This document shows, one piece after another, positions 1 to 12,075 of a stretch of 64,000 bases of DNA. The notes beneath the pieces are model-generated. The model was not told the DNA's origin and made no database searches. It saw only the letters and a program-made list of their open reading frames with translations. The stretch spans positions 16,554,001 to 16,618,000 of the forward strand of contig NC_091997.1 in the NCBI RefSeq assembly GCF_044704955.1, written 5' to 3'. Numbering within the stretch: the stretch's first letter is position 1; each line of letters opens with the position of its first letter. This DNA comes from Pristiophorus japonicus. Its lineage: Eukaryota. A program made the position numbers and the translations under genes.

Positions 1-2543
1 TCAAGAGAATAATGGAGGCATGTGAAAAAGGAACGGCAGTAGTTATGGGGGATTTTAACCTACATATCGATTGGTCAAATCAAATCGCAGGGGGTAGCCT
101 GGAGGAGGAATTCATAGAATGCATACGGGATTGTTTCTTAGAACAGTATGTAACAGAGCCTACAAGGGAGCAAGCCATTTTGGATCTGGTCCTGTGTAAT
201 GAGACAGGAAAAATAAACGATCTCCTCGTAAAAGATCCTCTCGGAATGAGTGATCACAATATGGTTGAATTTGTAATACAGATTGAGGATGAGGAAGTTG
301 TGTCAGAAACGAGAGTACTATGCTTAAACAAAGGGGACTACAGTGGGATGAGGGCAGAGTTGGCTAAAGTAGACTGGAAACAAGGACTAAACGGTGGCAC
401 AATTGAGGAACAGTGGAGGACTTTTAAGGAGCTCTTTCATAATGCGCAACAAAAATATATTCCAGTGAAAAAGAAGGGCGGCAAGAGAAGAGATAACCAG
501 CCGTGGATAACCAAGGAAATAAAGGAAAGTATCAAATCAAAGACCAATGCGTATAAGGTGGCCAAGGTTGGTGGGAAACTAGAGGATTGGGAAGATTTTA
601 AGCAACAGCAAAGAATGACTAAAAAAGCAATAAAGAAAGGGAAGATAGATTACGAAGGTAAACTTGCGCAAAACATAAAAACAGATAGTAAAAGCTTTTA
701 CAGATATATAAAACGGAAAAGAGTGACTAAAGTAAATGTTGGTCCCTTAGAAGATGAAAAGGGGGATTTAATAATGGGAAATGTGGAAATGGCTGAGACC
801 TTAAACAATTATTTTGCTTCCGTCTTCACAGTGGAAGACATAAAAACCATGCCAAAAATTGCTGGTCATAGGAATGTGGGAAGGGAGGATCTTGAGATGA
901 TCACTATCACTAGGGAGGTAGTGCTGGACAGACTAATGGGATTGAAGGTAGACAAGTCCCCTGGTCCTGATGAAATGCATCCCAGGGTATTAAAAGAGAT
1001 GGCGGAAGTTATAGCAGATGCATTTGTTATAATCTACCAAAATTCTCTGGACTCTGGGAAGGTACCAGCGGATTGGAGAGCAGTTAATGTAACGCCTCTG
1101 TTTAAAAAAGGGGGCAGGCAAAAGGCAGGTAACTATAGGCCGGTTAGTTTAACATCTGTAGTGGGGAAAATGCTTGAAACTATCATTAAGGAAGAAATAG
1201 CGGGACATCTGGATAGGAATAGTGCAATCAAGCAGACGCAGCATGGATTCATGAAAGGGAAATCATGTTTAACTAACTTACTGGAATTCTTTGAGGATAT
1301 AACGAGCATGGTGGATAGAGGTGTACCGATGGATGTGGTGTATTTAGATTTCCAAAAGGCATTCGATAAGGTGCCACACAAAAGGTTACTGCAGAAGATA
1401 AAGGTACGCGGAGTCAGAGGAAATGTATTAGCATGGATAGAGAATTGGCTGGTGAACAGAAAGCAGAGAGTCGGGATAAATGGGTCCTTTTCCGGTTGGA
1501 AATCAGTGGTTAGTGGTGTGCCACAGGGATCAGTGCTGGGACCACAACTGTTTACAATATACATAGATGACCTAGAGGAGGGGACAGAGTGTAGTGCAAC
1601 AAAATTTGCAGATGACACTAAGATTAGTGGGAAAGCGGGTTGTGTAGAGGACTCAGAGAGGCTACAAGGAGATTTGGATAGGTTAAGCGAATGGGCTAAG
1701 GTTTGGCAGATGGAATACAATGTCGGAAAGTGTGAGGTCATCCACCTTGGGAAAAAAAACAGTAAAAGGGAATATTATTTGAATGGGGAGAAATTACAAC
1801 ATGCTGTGGTGCAGAGGGACCTGGGGGTCCTTGTGCATGAATCCCAAAAGGTTAGTTTGCAGGTGCAGCAGGTAATCAGGAAGGCAAATGGAATGTTGGC
1901 CTTCATTGCGAAAGGGATGGAGTACAAAAGCAGTGAGGTGTTGCTGCAACTGTATAAGGTATTGGTAAGGCCGCACCTGGAGTACTGCGTGCAGTTTTGG
2001 TCACCTTACTTAAGGAAGGATATACTAGCTTTGGAAGGGGTACAGAGATGATTCACTAGGCTGATTCGAGAAATGAGGGGGTTAACTTATGATGATAGAT
2101 TGAGTAGACTGGGTCTTTACTCGTTGGAGTTCAGAAGGATGAGGGATGATCTTATAGAAACATTTAAAATCATGAAAGGGATAGACAAGATAGAGGCAGA
2201 GAGGTTGTTTCCATTGGTGGGGGAGACTAGAACTAGGGGCACAGCCTCAAAATACGGAGGAGCCAATTTAAAACCGAGTTGAGAAAGAATTTCTTCTCCC
2301 AGAGGGTTGTGAATCTGTGGAATTCTCTGCCCAAGGAAGCAGTTGAGGCTGGCTCATTGAATGTTTTCAAGTCAAAGATAGATAGATTTTTAAGCAATAA
2401 GGGAATTAAGGGTTACGGGGAGAGGGCGGGTAAGTGGAGCTGAGTCCACGACCAGATCAGCCATGATCTTGTTGAATGGCAGAGCAGGCTCGAGGGGCTA
2501 GATGGCCTACTCCTGTTCCTAATTCTTATGTTCTTATGTTCTT
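1..2543 (+). mobile_element. CR1-clade LINE, long 3' portion (continues upstream of window)
   Basis: ORF 12-2051 has APE C-terminal motifs (GDFN, LDL, SDH) and RT motifs (NYRPVSLTS, YLDFQKAFDKV, GVPQGSVLGP, KFADD). The C-terminus continues after a stop and frameshifts; the 3' UTR ends in a (TTCTTATG)n tail near 2523-2543. Confidence 0.95.
12..2051 (+). pseudogene. CR1 ORF2 (endonuclease/reverse transcriptase), 679 aa open, premature TGA at 2049-2051
   Basis: Translation ends at ...LEGVQR*, where other CR1 copies in this window read ...VQRRFTRL; the remaining ORF2 appears in ORF 2073-2282. Confidence 0.9.
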
Positions 2544-3203
2544 AATGAATGCGGTTAGAAACCTTATGAGAATGTTAGATCCAGTGCATTCACGAAGCAC
2601 TTGTCAATAAATGGGAGTGAAATTGATCAATGGCGGGAACTGATAGCAAATTGGCAGCCCGTTTTACATAAAGTCAGGTGGAGTTTGGTCGACTAGCTTC
2701 ACTAATTTAACCCTTAGTAAATCACAGCCAGACCAAAAATGATGGAATAAAGCATGCATTGTTCTAACGAGCACCCAAAGTTAGATTTTCTCTTGGAAAC
2801 ATGTGCTAATTATTCTCTGATGTCAATAAATTACCCGTCCCGTGAAAATTGCACCTATTTTCCATATTCACACATCAATGCTGCAGATTGCATTCCTAAT
2901 TTGCAAAAATGGTACCTCACTATAAACACAAAATCAAACACAAAATGAATAAAAGTGTAAAAGTTATGTGAGTGTTACAGGAGCAAAGCGTTTAAGCTTC
3001 AAAAAACGGATCTGTTGACGCAGTAACAGTGAATTTGTGTGCTATCCACTGCCACTGCCCATGTGGAGAGTTGCTGATCTCAGTTAGGTTGCTGTGGGGC
3101 AGGGAGGACAGGTAAGCCACTGGTAGGAGGTCACTTTCATACCTTCTCGTATTGGATTATAAAATGGCATTGGAAGAGGCCTGATGGGGCTGACTCCCTC
3201 TTA

Positions 3204-4996
3204 TGCCGGAATCTTACCAGCCCTGCGAGTGCGGGGTCGGAGGCTGTCAAAATGGCCCTGATTGACAACGGGGCAAGCTCCTCCCTGAACCCGCCTCCGT
3301 GTTCAGTTTCTCAAGTGTCGAGTCTGCGCGTGGAACGCAGATCGGACAATAGGCGGTGGGCCAGTCAATTAGAATGCTTAACAGATACTTTAAAGGTTAT
3401 TTAAAAGGATTTTAACTCGGCTCTTACCATTTTACCAAGCTTTTGACGAGTTTGCCATCCTGTGGGGAACATGGCAGGTTAGTATGTCGGATTCTCAATG
3501 ACTCTCCTTTGTTTTGACTAGTTGACAACTGCAGAAATCATATCAAAGCTACCATTTCACAGCTGCTCACTTTCCAATGTCATAAACTGAAGCCTTCAGG
3601 AATTGGAAGACACTATTGAGCTCTATGCAGTTTGGAGTGAACTCTTTATTCACTCTCACCTCCTTGGAGCAACCTCTCTCAGCATTGACAGATCACTTCT
3701 GTCATCTCAACCTCACCTGTCATCTATTCCAGCAGCATTGGTACCCTTGAAAAAGATCTCACCTTGGCCCTCAGAATCGCACCACGATCAGCCCCAACAC
3801 CAACATCATCACCAACAACAACACCAACCTTCTCCGCAATCACCTGATGCTGCACAGGACACAGGGTATCAGCACCCGACCGCATTGCTCCCCAGGACGC
3901 CAGGGATGGCCCCACCATGGCCACATTTACTTCACTTGATGCTGTACACCCTGACTGCCACGTGATGCGCCAGGTTGGCACCACCTCACACCAGCTCCAT
4001 AAAACATCCCTGCAATGCCCAAGCCATTCCTTTCACACTCATCACCATTGTGGGGGGTACCCTTATGTCTCACCATTCACTACAACTCTCTAAAGTCAGT
4101 TCCAAAGGTGCACACAAATCTGTCCAAGAACACCAAAGTATTGAAAATAAAGATTTCAATGTTTGACAACACATCATCATAAATTTTACATGAACACTGG
4201 CTAAAACACCCAAGTGCCTACCCTTGTGTGTTGTTAGTTGGTATGATTGCACAAGGATGAGGGGTGGCTAGTGAGATGGGGATGTGGTAATGTAGATAGA
4301 GAGCGAGGGATAGGCGGATGTGCAAGGTAAGTTGGTGTGAGTAAGGACATGCAAGAGTAGGATAGGGAGTAAGTTTGTGTGAGTAAGGATGTGCAAGAGT
4401 AGGGTAGGGAAGGCAGAGTGATGGGGATGTGATGAGTGGCACAGCAGGATGAGGTTGAGTGTGGCTTTGCAGCAACACTTTGTGACCTAGTGCGATCATT
4501 GAATGGTTTGCGCCACTGCCGCCTGGTCCTCCTGACGACATCCCTGCTTTTGTTCTTCTGTACAATATGCACCCAGGCTGTGTTGTTGTCCTAGGGAGGT
4601 CTCTTCCACCCATGGGAAGGGAAGAGAACCTCCGTGTGCTGTAACTCTCTCCATAAGCATCTGGAGGGAGTGATGGGGGAGCCTGGGTGCAGCCGTGCAA
4701 CTCTGTGCAGTGATTGTCAGTGTTTGCAGCACCTCAATGCTACAGAATACTGACAGCACAACTGTCAAAATGAATGTGGGCATGGTCCCTTTAAGGAAAA
4801 CTGGCTGATGACGCCTCATCAAATGACATCATCAGTCCTGCTTCCTGTTACTTGGTCGGGAACCTCGCAGGGCGGGCTTAACACGCCCCATCAACGGAAG
4901 ATTGTTTCGAGAGGGCGGGCTGCAGAGAGGAGCGGGTTCCCCACGTGCCACCGATGCCAGCTGCACCGACTGGCCCCGGGTGGTGAAATCACGGCC
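3204..4996. mobile_element. Internally deleted PIF/Harbinger-like DNA transposon
   Basis: Imperfect TIRs (TGCCGGAATCTTACC ... GGTGAAATCACGGCC) flanked by TTA/TCA; GC-rich subterminal arms; Myb/SANT-like remnant on - strand and an H/Q-rich ORF remnant on + strand (3603-3965). Confidence 0.6.
4490..4700 (-). pseudogene. Myb/SANT-like (Harbinger ORF2-type) DNA-binding domain remnant
   Basis: Joined frames give AAPRLPHHSLQMLMERV...SRDVVRRTRRQWRKPFNDRTRS, matching the recalled trihelix pattern RAPRF..SL..L...V...RT..QCRKRFNDL. Confidence 0.65.
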
Positions 4997-5991
4997 TCAG
5001 TGTGGAAACAATGAGATGCAAATGAAAAAGTTCTTAAAAAACTTAAGGGTAGAAATTTGTCTCGGGTGGTGCACAAAACGAGCCTGTTATAGACAGCGTC
5101 TGATATTCAGTTGCATTGACTGCAGTGGAACTGCATATCAGGCGCTGCATATAACGGGCGGCTGAACCGATACCGAGATGAATAAAATACATTTTAAAAC
5201 ATTCCAACTAGAATATCTCCCAACATATTCCCTCCCACTTATTCTCATCTCCATTCTACAACTACCCTACCTGAGACTATTGCTGCAAATGTCCAAAGTC
5301 AAGATCGCTATCATTACCTTCATACACACTGCTCCTGTTACCTTTGCCAAGGTTGCTGCTATCTCTATTATGCCATTAGTGTTCTCATGGAGGCCACCAG
5401 GCCTATTCTCTACAAAGCCATCGATATTTCTGCCAAGGCCCAAACCGTGACTATGCATCTCGCTGCTGTAGCTGCTCTTGGTGACCCTGCTATGCAAATA
5501 TGATGAACAGAAAATCTAAATTCTCACTAGGCTTCCATAACTGCAGCTGACACCTCTGCAACTGAGGTATGTAATGCAATTTGAGTTTCTAAATTAAAAA
5601 AAAATTGGTCACGCTGATTTTCCACTCCCAGTGCTGTGTGAGAGCACCATTTCGGTGTTGGGCCTAATTTAAATATTGCTGGTGAATATCAGGTGCACAA
5701 AGGGGGGACTCAACTGAGCGCAGGTCAAAGGCAGGAGGAAATTCGGGTGGTTCTGGGATCTTAAAGGCAGCACAACAGAGTCTGGTGAGTTTTATCCACT
5801 TGTCAATTTAACGTTATTCAGAAAAATTTGAGATGCCCAAAAGAGAAATTGCTCTGGCAAGATGAGAAATATACAGCTCTTGCTAGTATGTTGAAGTTTC
5901 TTTTGTCCTAGTATTTTGATGTGGACACGGTTGAATTGATCATTCTGTCTTTCAAATTAGAGAATTGAAATAATTCAACGGGCATTTTAAA

Positions 5992-6617
5992 GGGTTGGAT
6001 TTTCCGCGTCTGCTTTCGCGGCAATGGCGGCTATGAGCTCTTCCAGGCAGGTGGCCAGATTCCAGCGCCTACCGCCGGGGTTTTCGGGGCTGGTTTCGGA
6101 GGGGTGTGGAGCATTACCGTCCAGAAGAGGCGAGCCGGTGTGCAACGCTCAATGGTTGTGACACCGGCTCGATTTCTGGCTCCCACCCGATCCGTAGCGC
6201 ACCCTGTTGGGACCACTTGTGAAAGCGGGCGGTCCGAGCTGTTCGGGCTGCATTGGGTTAAGTAATGCTCACCTCAGGTAAGTGTGATTGTTGGTCATTT
6301 TGTTTTTTGCCAATTTATGTTGTGGTGGTGTGAGTTATTTATTGGGAATGTTTTTGGTGTTATTTTTTCAGGGTTTTTTTTTCTTCCCAGGCCTCTCTCA
6401 GGGCGCTCTGAGGCCGGCTGTTTAGCTTGGGATTTTCGCATGCCCAGCCGGCCTAGCGCCCTAACAGAGGTGTGCACGCTTCCCTTAGCGCTCTGCCGTA
6501 CACTCAGGGCCTAGCTGCCGAATTTTGCTGGCTGAGGCGCAAACTGTTCCTAGGCACAAACTTTACCGCCCTGCCGCCATTACTGCCCCGAAATGAGCAG
6601 AATCGAAAATCCAGCCC
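5992..6617. mobile_element. Harbinger-type MITE
   Basis: TIRs GGGTTGGATTTTC / GAAAATCCAGCCC with 3-bp AAA duplication on both sides; CpG-rich arms and T-rich centre. Confidence 0.75.
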
Positions 6618-7397
6618 AAAGCACTGAAATCCATTTTTGTCAGCCAGAAGCTCAAATCTGCACCTCTCTATCCGACTCCATAATTTTAATGTGCCTGCTC
6701 CGTTAATGTTCATGCTCTTCTACCAGGCTGGAGTGGCAGCCCTTCCCTAAACAGGAATCTGGGCGCCCCAGCAATCTGCCTTGGAGGGAACTGGTCAGAG
6801 GGCAGCAGGGTTGTGCCAAGTAGCAGGAACTGGGTAAACGACAGTGGGTTTTAAAGATCGACGCTGTGGAGATCGGCAGAGGATGCTGAGTGGACTGTGA
6901 TAGTGCGGGAATCCTCTGCGGCTCTGACCGTCAGCAGAAATCCCGTTTCGCCGCTTGAAAGGGGCTTCAGCTGAAGCTCTAATTTTGAAGCTCACCCCCA
7001 GCCCCCCCCCCCCCCAGAATGGAGCATTCCCAAACTGGGAGCTATCGACGCATGGGCCTACTGGCACTTGTGGCACATCAGCCTCCATCAGGAGCTGTTA
7101 TTGGACTGCTTGGAAAAATATCAGAGCGAATTTCGTATTATATTCTTGTGTTTTCACTGTTGTGAGCTCACAAGGGAAATATAAGAAAACCATCAGGCAT
7201 TTGAAACAACAGCTACTCATGTTATTTTCTCTTCTGATTTTCTTTCCTTCCTCTCTTGATGTCCGTGACTCATCTGAATGACATCAAAAATAGATGTTTA
7301 TTTCCAATGATGGATAGTAGAAATGTAGATCGAGGGGATAAATCCACAAAAGCCTCAGCCCCGCATCTAGCTGCAAATCAAAATGGGGAGTCAAGGA

Positions 7398-7637
7398 TAT
7401 AATGTATTTGCTTCATGGGTTCTTTGCTTAAGAATTCATAGAAACACATTGCTATTAAGAACTAGTTGGTTTATTAACAAAGGTTTAACAATCACACTAC
7501 ACATTACCAGTTCATCAACTAGGCTCACAACTGCATACCTCATCGTGGATGACCTAGACCCAATTGACAGGGGCTTTATTGAGTCTTGTGAACATCACCT
7601 GACTGGCTAAGCCACTCACAATGCAACCACTCTACAA
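7398..7637 (-). mobile_element. LTR family A, copy 1 (interrupted/truncated)
   Basis: Highly similar to 42755-43018 and 52865-53160; stops at CTCTACAA, where foreign sequence begins. Confidence 0.8.
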
Positions 7638-7699
7638 CTATTTTTGATCAACTTTTAAATCGTGCCCTTTTATTAAGGGCACAATCAACATGCCTACAA

Positions 7700-7932
7700 C
7701 TATTTTAGTTGAAACCATCAATCAAATGCCCCCTTATTAGAGGGGGCACTAAAACCGACAAATAAACAAATTAAATTTTGACCATCAACTTAATTCAATT
7801 TAAAATTTGGTTGTCGGGGGTGATGATGCACTCCAGTCCCTCCGGCACCCACCTCTCGTGGAAGGCTGTGAGCGGTGGACATCTCGTGCTCCATCTCCAG
7901 GGATACCCTGGCTCGGTTGTAACCGCGGAAGT
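7700..7932 (-). mobile_element. L1/Tx1-clade retrotransposon 3' end (ORF2 C-terminus + 3' UTR)
   Basis: Minus strand reads FRGYNRARVSLEMEH.../AFHERWVPEGLECIITPDNQILN*, resembling recalled Tx1-type ORF2 C-termini. The 3' UTR has a TGCCCC...GGGGCA hairpin. A shorter related 3' stub lies at 7638-7685. Confidence 0.7.
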
Positions 7933-9415
7933 CTAACTAACGGCGGGCACAGGTTGTTGACTGATTACAGGTATTTTTGGGCCTTCGTGATATTTTTTAA
8001 GTTTGCAATTCTGGAATTGTTTGGATCTAATGATACTTTGCAACATTTTAACATTTTCCTTTTTGTTTGCTACTGGCTCAGCACGCCACTAAATTTGATG
8101 CATTTGTTTCATTATTGTTGCTTCTATCAATTTTAGTTAACATAAATTCAGACAGAAGGAGTTAAGAGCAGCCCGATAAACACTTGAAAAAAAAAATCTT
8201 ATAGATACGGGAAAAGAGCAGAAAAATGGAATTAGAGTAGATTGCTCCGACCTGCCGTGGGTGTACGTTCATCGTGAGTCGAATGCTTCCTGAGATTTTG
8301 TATGTTTCTTGTGATTATAATTTGGAACTCTTGAAGGCTGTACCAGCAGAGCATTTTATTGCTTAAACCATAACCCATTACATACACAACTGGTTCTCCT
8401 GATGATGCCTTTCAATTTCCTACAACCAAAATATTTGTAGCTTGCTTGCTGGTGATCCACTGTTTTGGACAGAAATGTTCTGTATTTATTACTCTGGCAA
8501 GCCCTTCAGAGTAAAATTCATGTTCTGAACTGGTTAATTAAGTAAGTTGTTTCAATGGAGCAATTGAAATGTTTTAAAATGTGCAATAAAATGATAGCAA
8601 TCAGTGGGATAAATGAATAGCGGGACAAAGGAAATCATGCTGGTTTGTCATTATTCCATGAACAATGCCAATGATACTATATTTGAAAATACTACAAAAA
8701 AGATGCAGAAAATGAGTAAAAATGTATCACTCATGTACTCCTTTAAGAGTTAATGTTGGGACCTTAAATGTACCTTATAACTCATGATTATGGCATAAGG
8801 TGATTTTCTCATCCAACTCGTGTCACTATGATTTAAGCGTGGAACCTCATGATTTTATGTTGCGACTGTTTATCTTTCAATAGCACAAGAATAAAAAAAG
8901 CCTCCACATAAAAAAACACAGTATGATCGGGTCCATCCATATTTTACACATTTTGTCAATATCTGCAAATTCTCTATCTTATTAAGAACCAGCAGTTGGA
9001 GCAATTGTCAGAGGATTTTTCCCTCTCCTGATTTAATCACCTTACCCTTCCTCTCCTGATGGTAACGCATGCAAATTATTCCAAAATGGGATGCAGAGAA
9101 AATAATGTGGAACTATATAACTAAATTCAGAAAGATTTTGATCTTTTAGATAGCTGGTAGTATATTGTAGAACCAGTTCTATGTGGTTAAATTTAAATTA
9201 ATCAGTATGGGAGCAAGGAACTGAGAGCGAGAGAAGGAGAGAGTAACAAGGAATTAATTGGACATTGTTAAATGGAATAGCTCAATAGCTTAGTAATCGG
9301 CAAAGAGATCTCGGGCTCTAGTGGATAAATCCATGAAACACTCAGCCCAGTGCTTATTGCAATAAAAAATATAAAATACTGAGTTGGCATAAGAATAGAA
9401 TACCAATCAAAGTAT

Positions 9416-10059
9416 TGTTACCATAAAATATGTATTTTTAATTAGTCTTGGAATGTGGGCGTATTTGAATTTGTGGTATTCAAGTCCGGTCTCAAGGTCA
9501 GCTTCCCAGTCGAAATGGCGAAGCTCTCTTTGCTCGTAGATGGTGTTTCTTCTCTCCGTCCCAGGCAGAGTGCTCAGTCCTTGTATAATGAATGACGCAA
9601 GCAGGCGTAAAAGAGAAGGAGAGAGAGAGAGGGACATGGCTGCAAACTGCCACTCTTATACCTGCAAAATGCTTCTTCTCACGGCAAAAGTTCAACTGTT
9701 CTTTCGCCTGAGGCAGTACAACTGAAAGAGCAAAATCAATGTCCTCGGCCTGTTCCTTTGTTACTGGCTGTTTCCTCGATCAGGCTCCGATGAGTCTGGG
9801 TGGTCGACGTTCCCTTTGTGTCCTGAGCACCGACCAATCTTGTTAATCTCTTACTGATTGCACGACAAAGGGTCCATCCATTAACCATTCCTGCCATTTC
9901 AGCCATTGATTCATTCCTGTCCACCTGATGTGTATTCCTGTGGAACATGTTTGGACTTGTTTCGAGTCAGGCTGCTCTGCTCCTCTGCAGTAACAGAAAA
10001 TGTGTCCAAGCAATGTCCAAAACTTAAGTCCAAAAGTATGTTTTTGCCAAATTCTTATA
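9416..10059 (-). mobile_element. Possible solo LTR (ERV-like)
   Basis: On - strand it begins TATAAGAATTTGGC (similar to the ERV LTR start TGTAAGAG...ATTTGGC), has GGTATAAGAG followed by a CT-rich tract, then AATTAAA, and ends GGTAACA. No TSD found. Confidence 0.4.
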
Positions 10060-10390
10060 TGTGTAACTTGGTGGGGAACTTGCAGATGATGGTGTTCCCA
10101 TGCGCCTTCTGCTCGTGTCTTTCTAGGTGGTAGTGGTTGCGGCTTTTGGGAGGTGCAGCCATGCATCTTATAGATGGTGCACATTGCAGCCACGGTGCGC
10201 CGGTGGTGGAGGGAGTGAATGTTGAAGGTGGTGGATGAGGTGCCAATCAAGCGGGCTGCTTGGTCCTGGATGTCTTGAGTGTTGTTGGAGCTGCACTCAT
10301 CCAGGCAAGTGGAGAGTATTCCACCACACGCCTGACTTGTGCCTTGTAGATAGCGGGAAGGCTTTGGGGAGTCAGGAGGTGAGACGCATG
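10060..10390 (-). mobile_element. LINE ORF2 C-terminal fragment (same family as 30022-30398)
   Basis: Minus frames read IYKAQVRRVVEYSPLAWMSAAPTTL and NIHSLHHRRTVAAMCTIYKMH; shares sequence with 30022-30398. Confidence 0.75.
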
Positions 10391-10532
10391 TTGCTTAGAT
10401 GTTATTTGATTTAGCATTTGCAGTTTTGTTAACCTAAGCATTAGAATAATATTATTGCACTCTAAGGGGTATAAAGGTGAACAAAGATGATGCTTCCAGC
10501 TATCAACAATTTAAGTTATCAAGAAAGATTCG

Positions 10533-11111
10533 GGGCTGGATTTTCTGGACCTTCGCTCTGGAGCGGCGTGAAATGGGGCAGTGAGGTCTCCTGCGCCGGT
10601 CGCGATCCTTGGGTTGGGTTTTGCGGCGGCGTTTAGCAGCACCGCCGGGAATAGCTGCGCGGGTGTGCAACGCCCCTTGTTGCGACACCGTCTGAGTTTT
10701 AACTCGAAACCGACACCTTTGGCTGGAATCGTGCCTCGCAATGACTGCCTGGGAGACCAGAGTGGTCCAGCCATGCCGGCGGTGGTGAGGAAGGTAATGT
10801 GCTGTAAAGGCAAATGTTAGTGTTTGTTCTTTTAATTTTTTTAGCGATTTGTGTTGTGCTGGCATGGGCAATGTTTTGGGAATGTTTTTGTGTTTTTTTA
10901 TAAAGGTTCCCCCACCCCAGGCCTCTCTCGGAGCACAAACTTTAGTTTGCGAGTTTCCCATTTTTGTGCTTCAAAAGTTGTACAACCTCTCCCTTCGTGC
11001 TGTGCACACTGGCGCAGAACCCAGATGGTGCAAATTCCTTACTAAAGTGCAACATATTCCCGTCCCGCCTCCGTTTTTGCTCCGAAAACAGAAAAGCCTA
11101 AAATCCAGCCC
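10533..11111. mobile_element. Harbinger-type MITE (related to 5992-6617)
   Basis: TIRs GGGCTGGATTTT / AAAATCCAGCCC; same internal layout as 5992-6617; TSD not intact. Confidence 0.7.
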
Positions 11112-11649
11112 TAAGGAACTTGGATATGCTTTCTTTGGAGACTCAGAGACTTTGAGGTGACCTATTTGAAGTTTTCAAGATTACAAAGCAAATTGATGAA
11201 GCTGATTCAGACACATTGATCTCTATGGTGAAGGATCAAGTTAAAAATGAGGAAGCTGGGAGTAAGAAGGGAAAAGATAGCAGGAACATTGTGAGAGAGG
11301 TTTTGAGGAAGGCCATTGAAGGACAGTGTAAATTGGTTCAAGACGAGATGGGAATAGCTTTAGAGGATAGGTTGATGATGACAGGGGATCAGTGAAATTA
11401 TTAGTTTCATTAATCTCATGGTCATTTTAATAAAACCATAGGGATAATCCACAACACACCAATCGAAGAAATTACTGTTGGTGGATAAACATTTAACATG
11501 TTTACATGACATTCCTCTGTCAGCTATTTTAACAAAAGTGCTAATCTGTTCCAATAAAGTGAACCGATCATTTGTCATTTTTGCCCACAATAAGCTCTAT
11601 CTTTTAATTTCTGGTTTGAGGGAAAGAGAGAAAGAAAGAGAAAGAAAGA

Positions 11650-12075
11650 GAGAAAAAAAGAAAGAAAGACTTGCATTTTATTGTTTTATATAATGACCAG
11701 ATAATCTGTTTTTGTTATGTTGATTGAGGGATAAATATTGGCCAGAACACTGGGGATAACTCCCCTGCTCTTCTTCAACATAGTGCCATGGGATCTTTTA
11801 CATCCACCTGAGAGAGCAGACAGGGCCTCGGTTTAACGTCTTATCCGAAAGATGGCACCTGTGACAGTGCAGCACTCCCGACCAAGGGCCGTGTTGCTCT
11901 TTGTCGGCTGGCACGGACACGATGGGCCAAAATGGCCTCCTCTGTGCTGTAGATTTCTATGCTTTCTATGGAGTGTCAGCCAAAATTTATGTACTCAATT
12001 CCTGGAGTGGGACTTGAACCCACAACCTTCTGACTCAGAGGCGAGTGTGCTACCCACTGAGCCACAGCTGACACT
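11650..12075 (-). mobile_element. tRNA-headed Deu-domain SINE, with a short CR1 3'-UTR insert at about 11880-11970
   Basis: Minus strand shows box A TGGCTCAGTGG and box B GGTTCAAGTCC, then the Deu-like core GTGCCATCTTTCGGATAAGACGTTAAACCGAGGCCC...AAAAGATCCCATGGCAC and a (TCTT)n-type tail. Confidence 0.75.

Noticed and set aside
1133-1741. Antisense ORFs over CR1, RTE and Gypsy coding regions (e.g. 202 aa here)
   Set aside because: Shadow frames of transposon ORFs with no independent evidence.
12000-12075. tRNA gene
   Set aside because: The A/B boxes are the head of a Deu-domain SINE; no complete cloverleaf.
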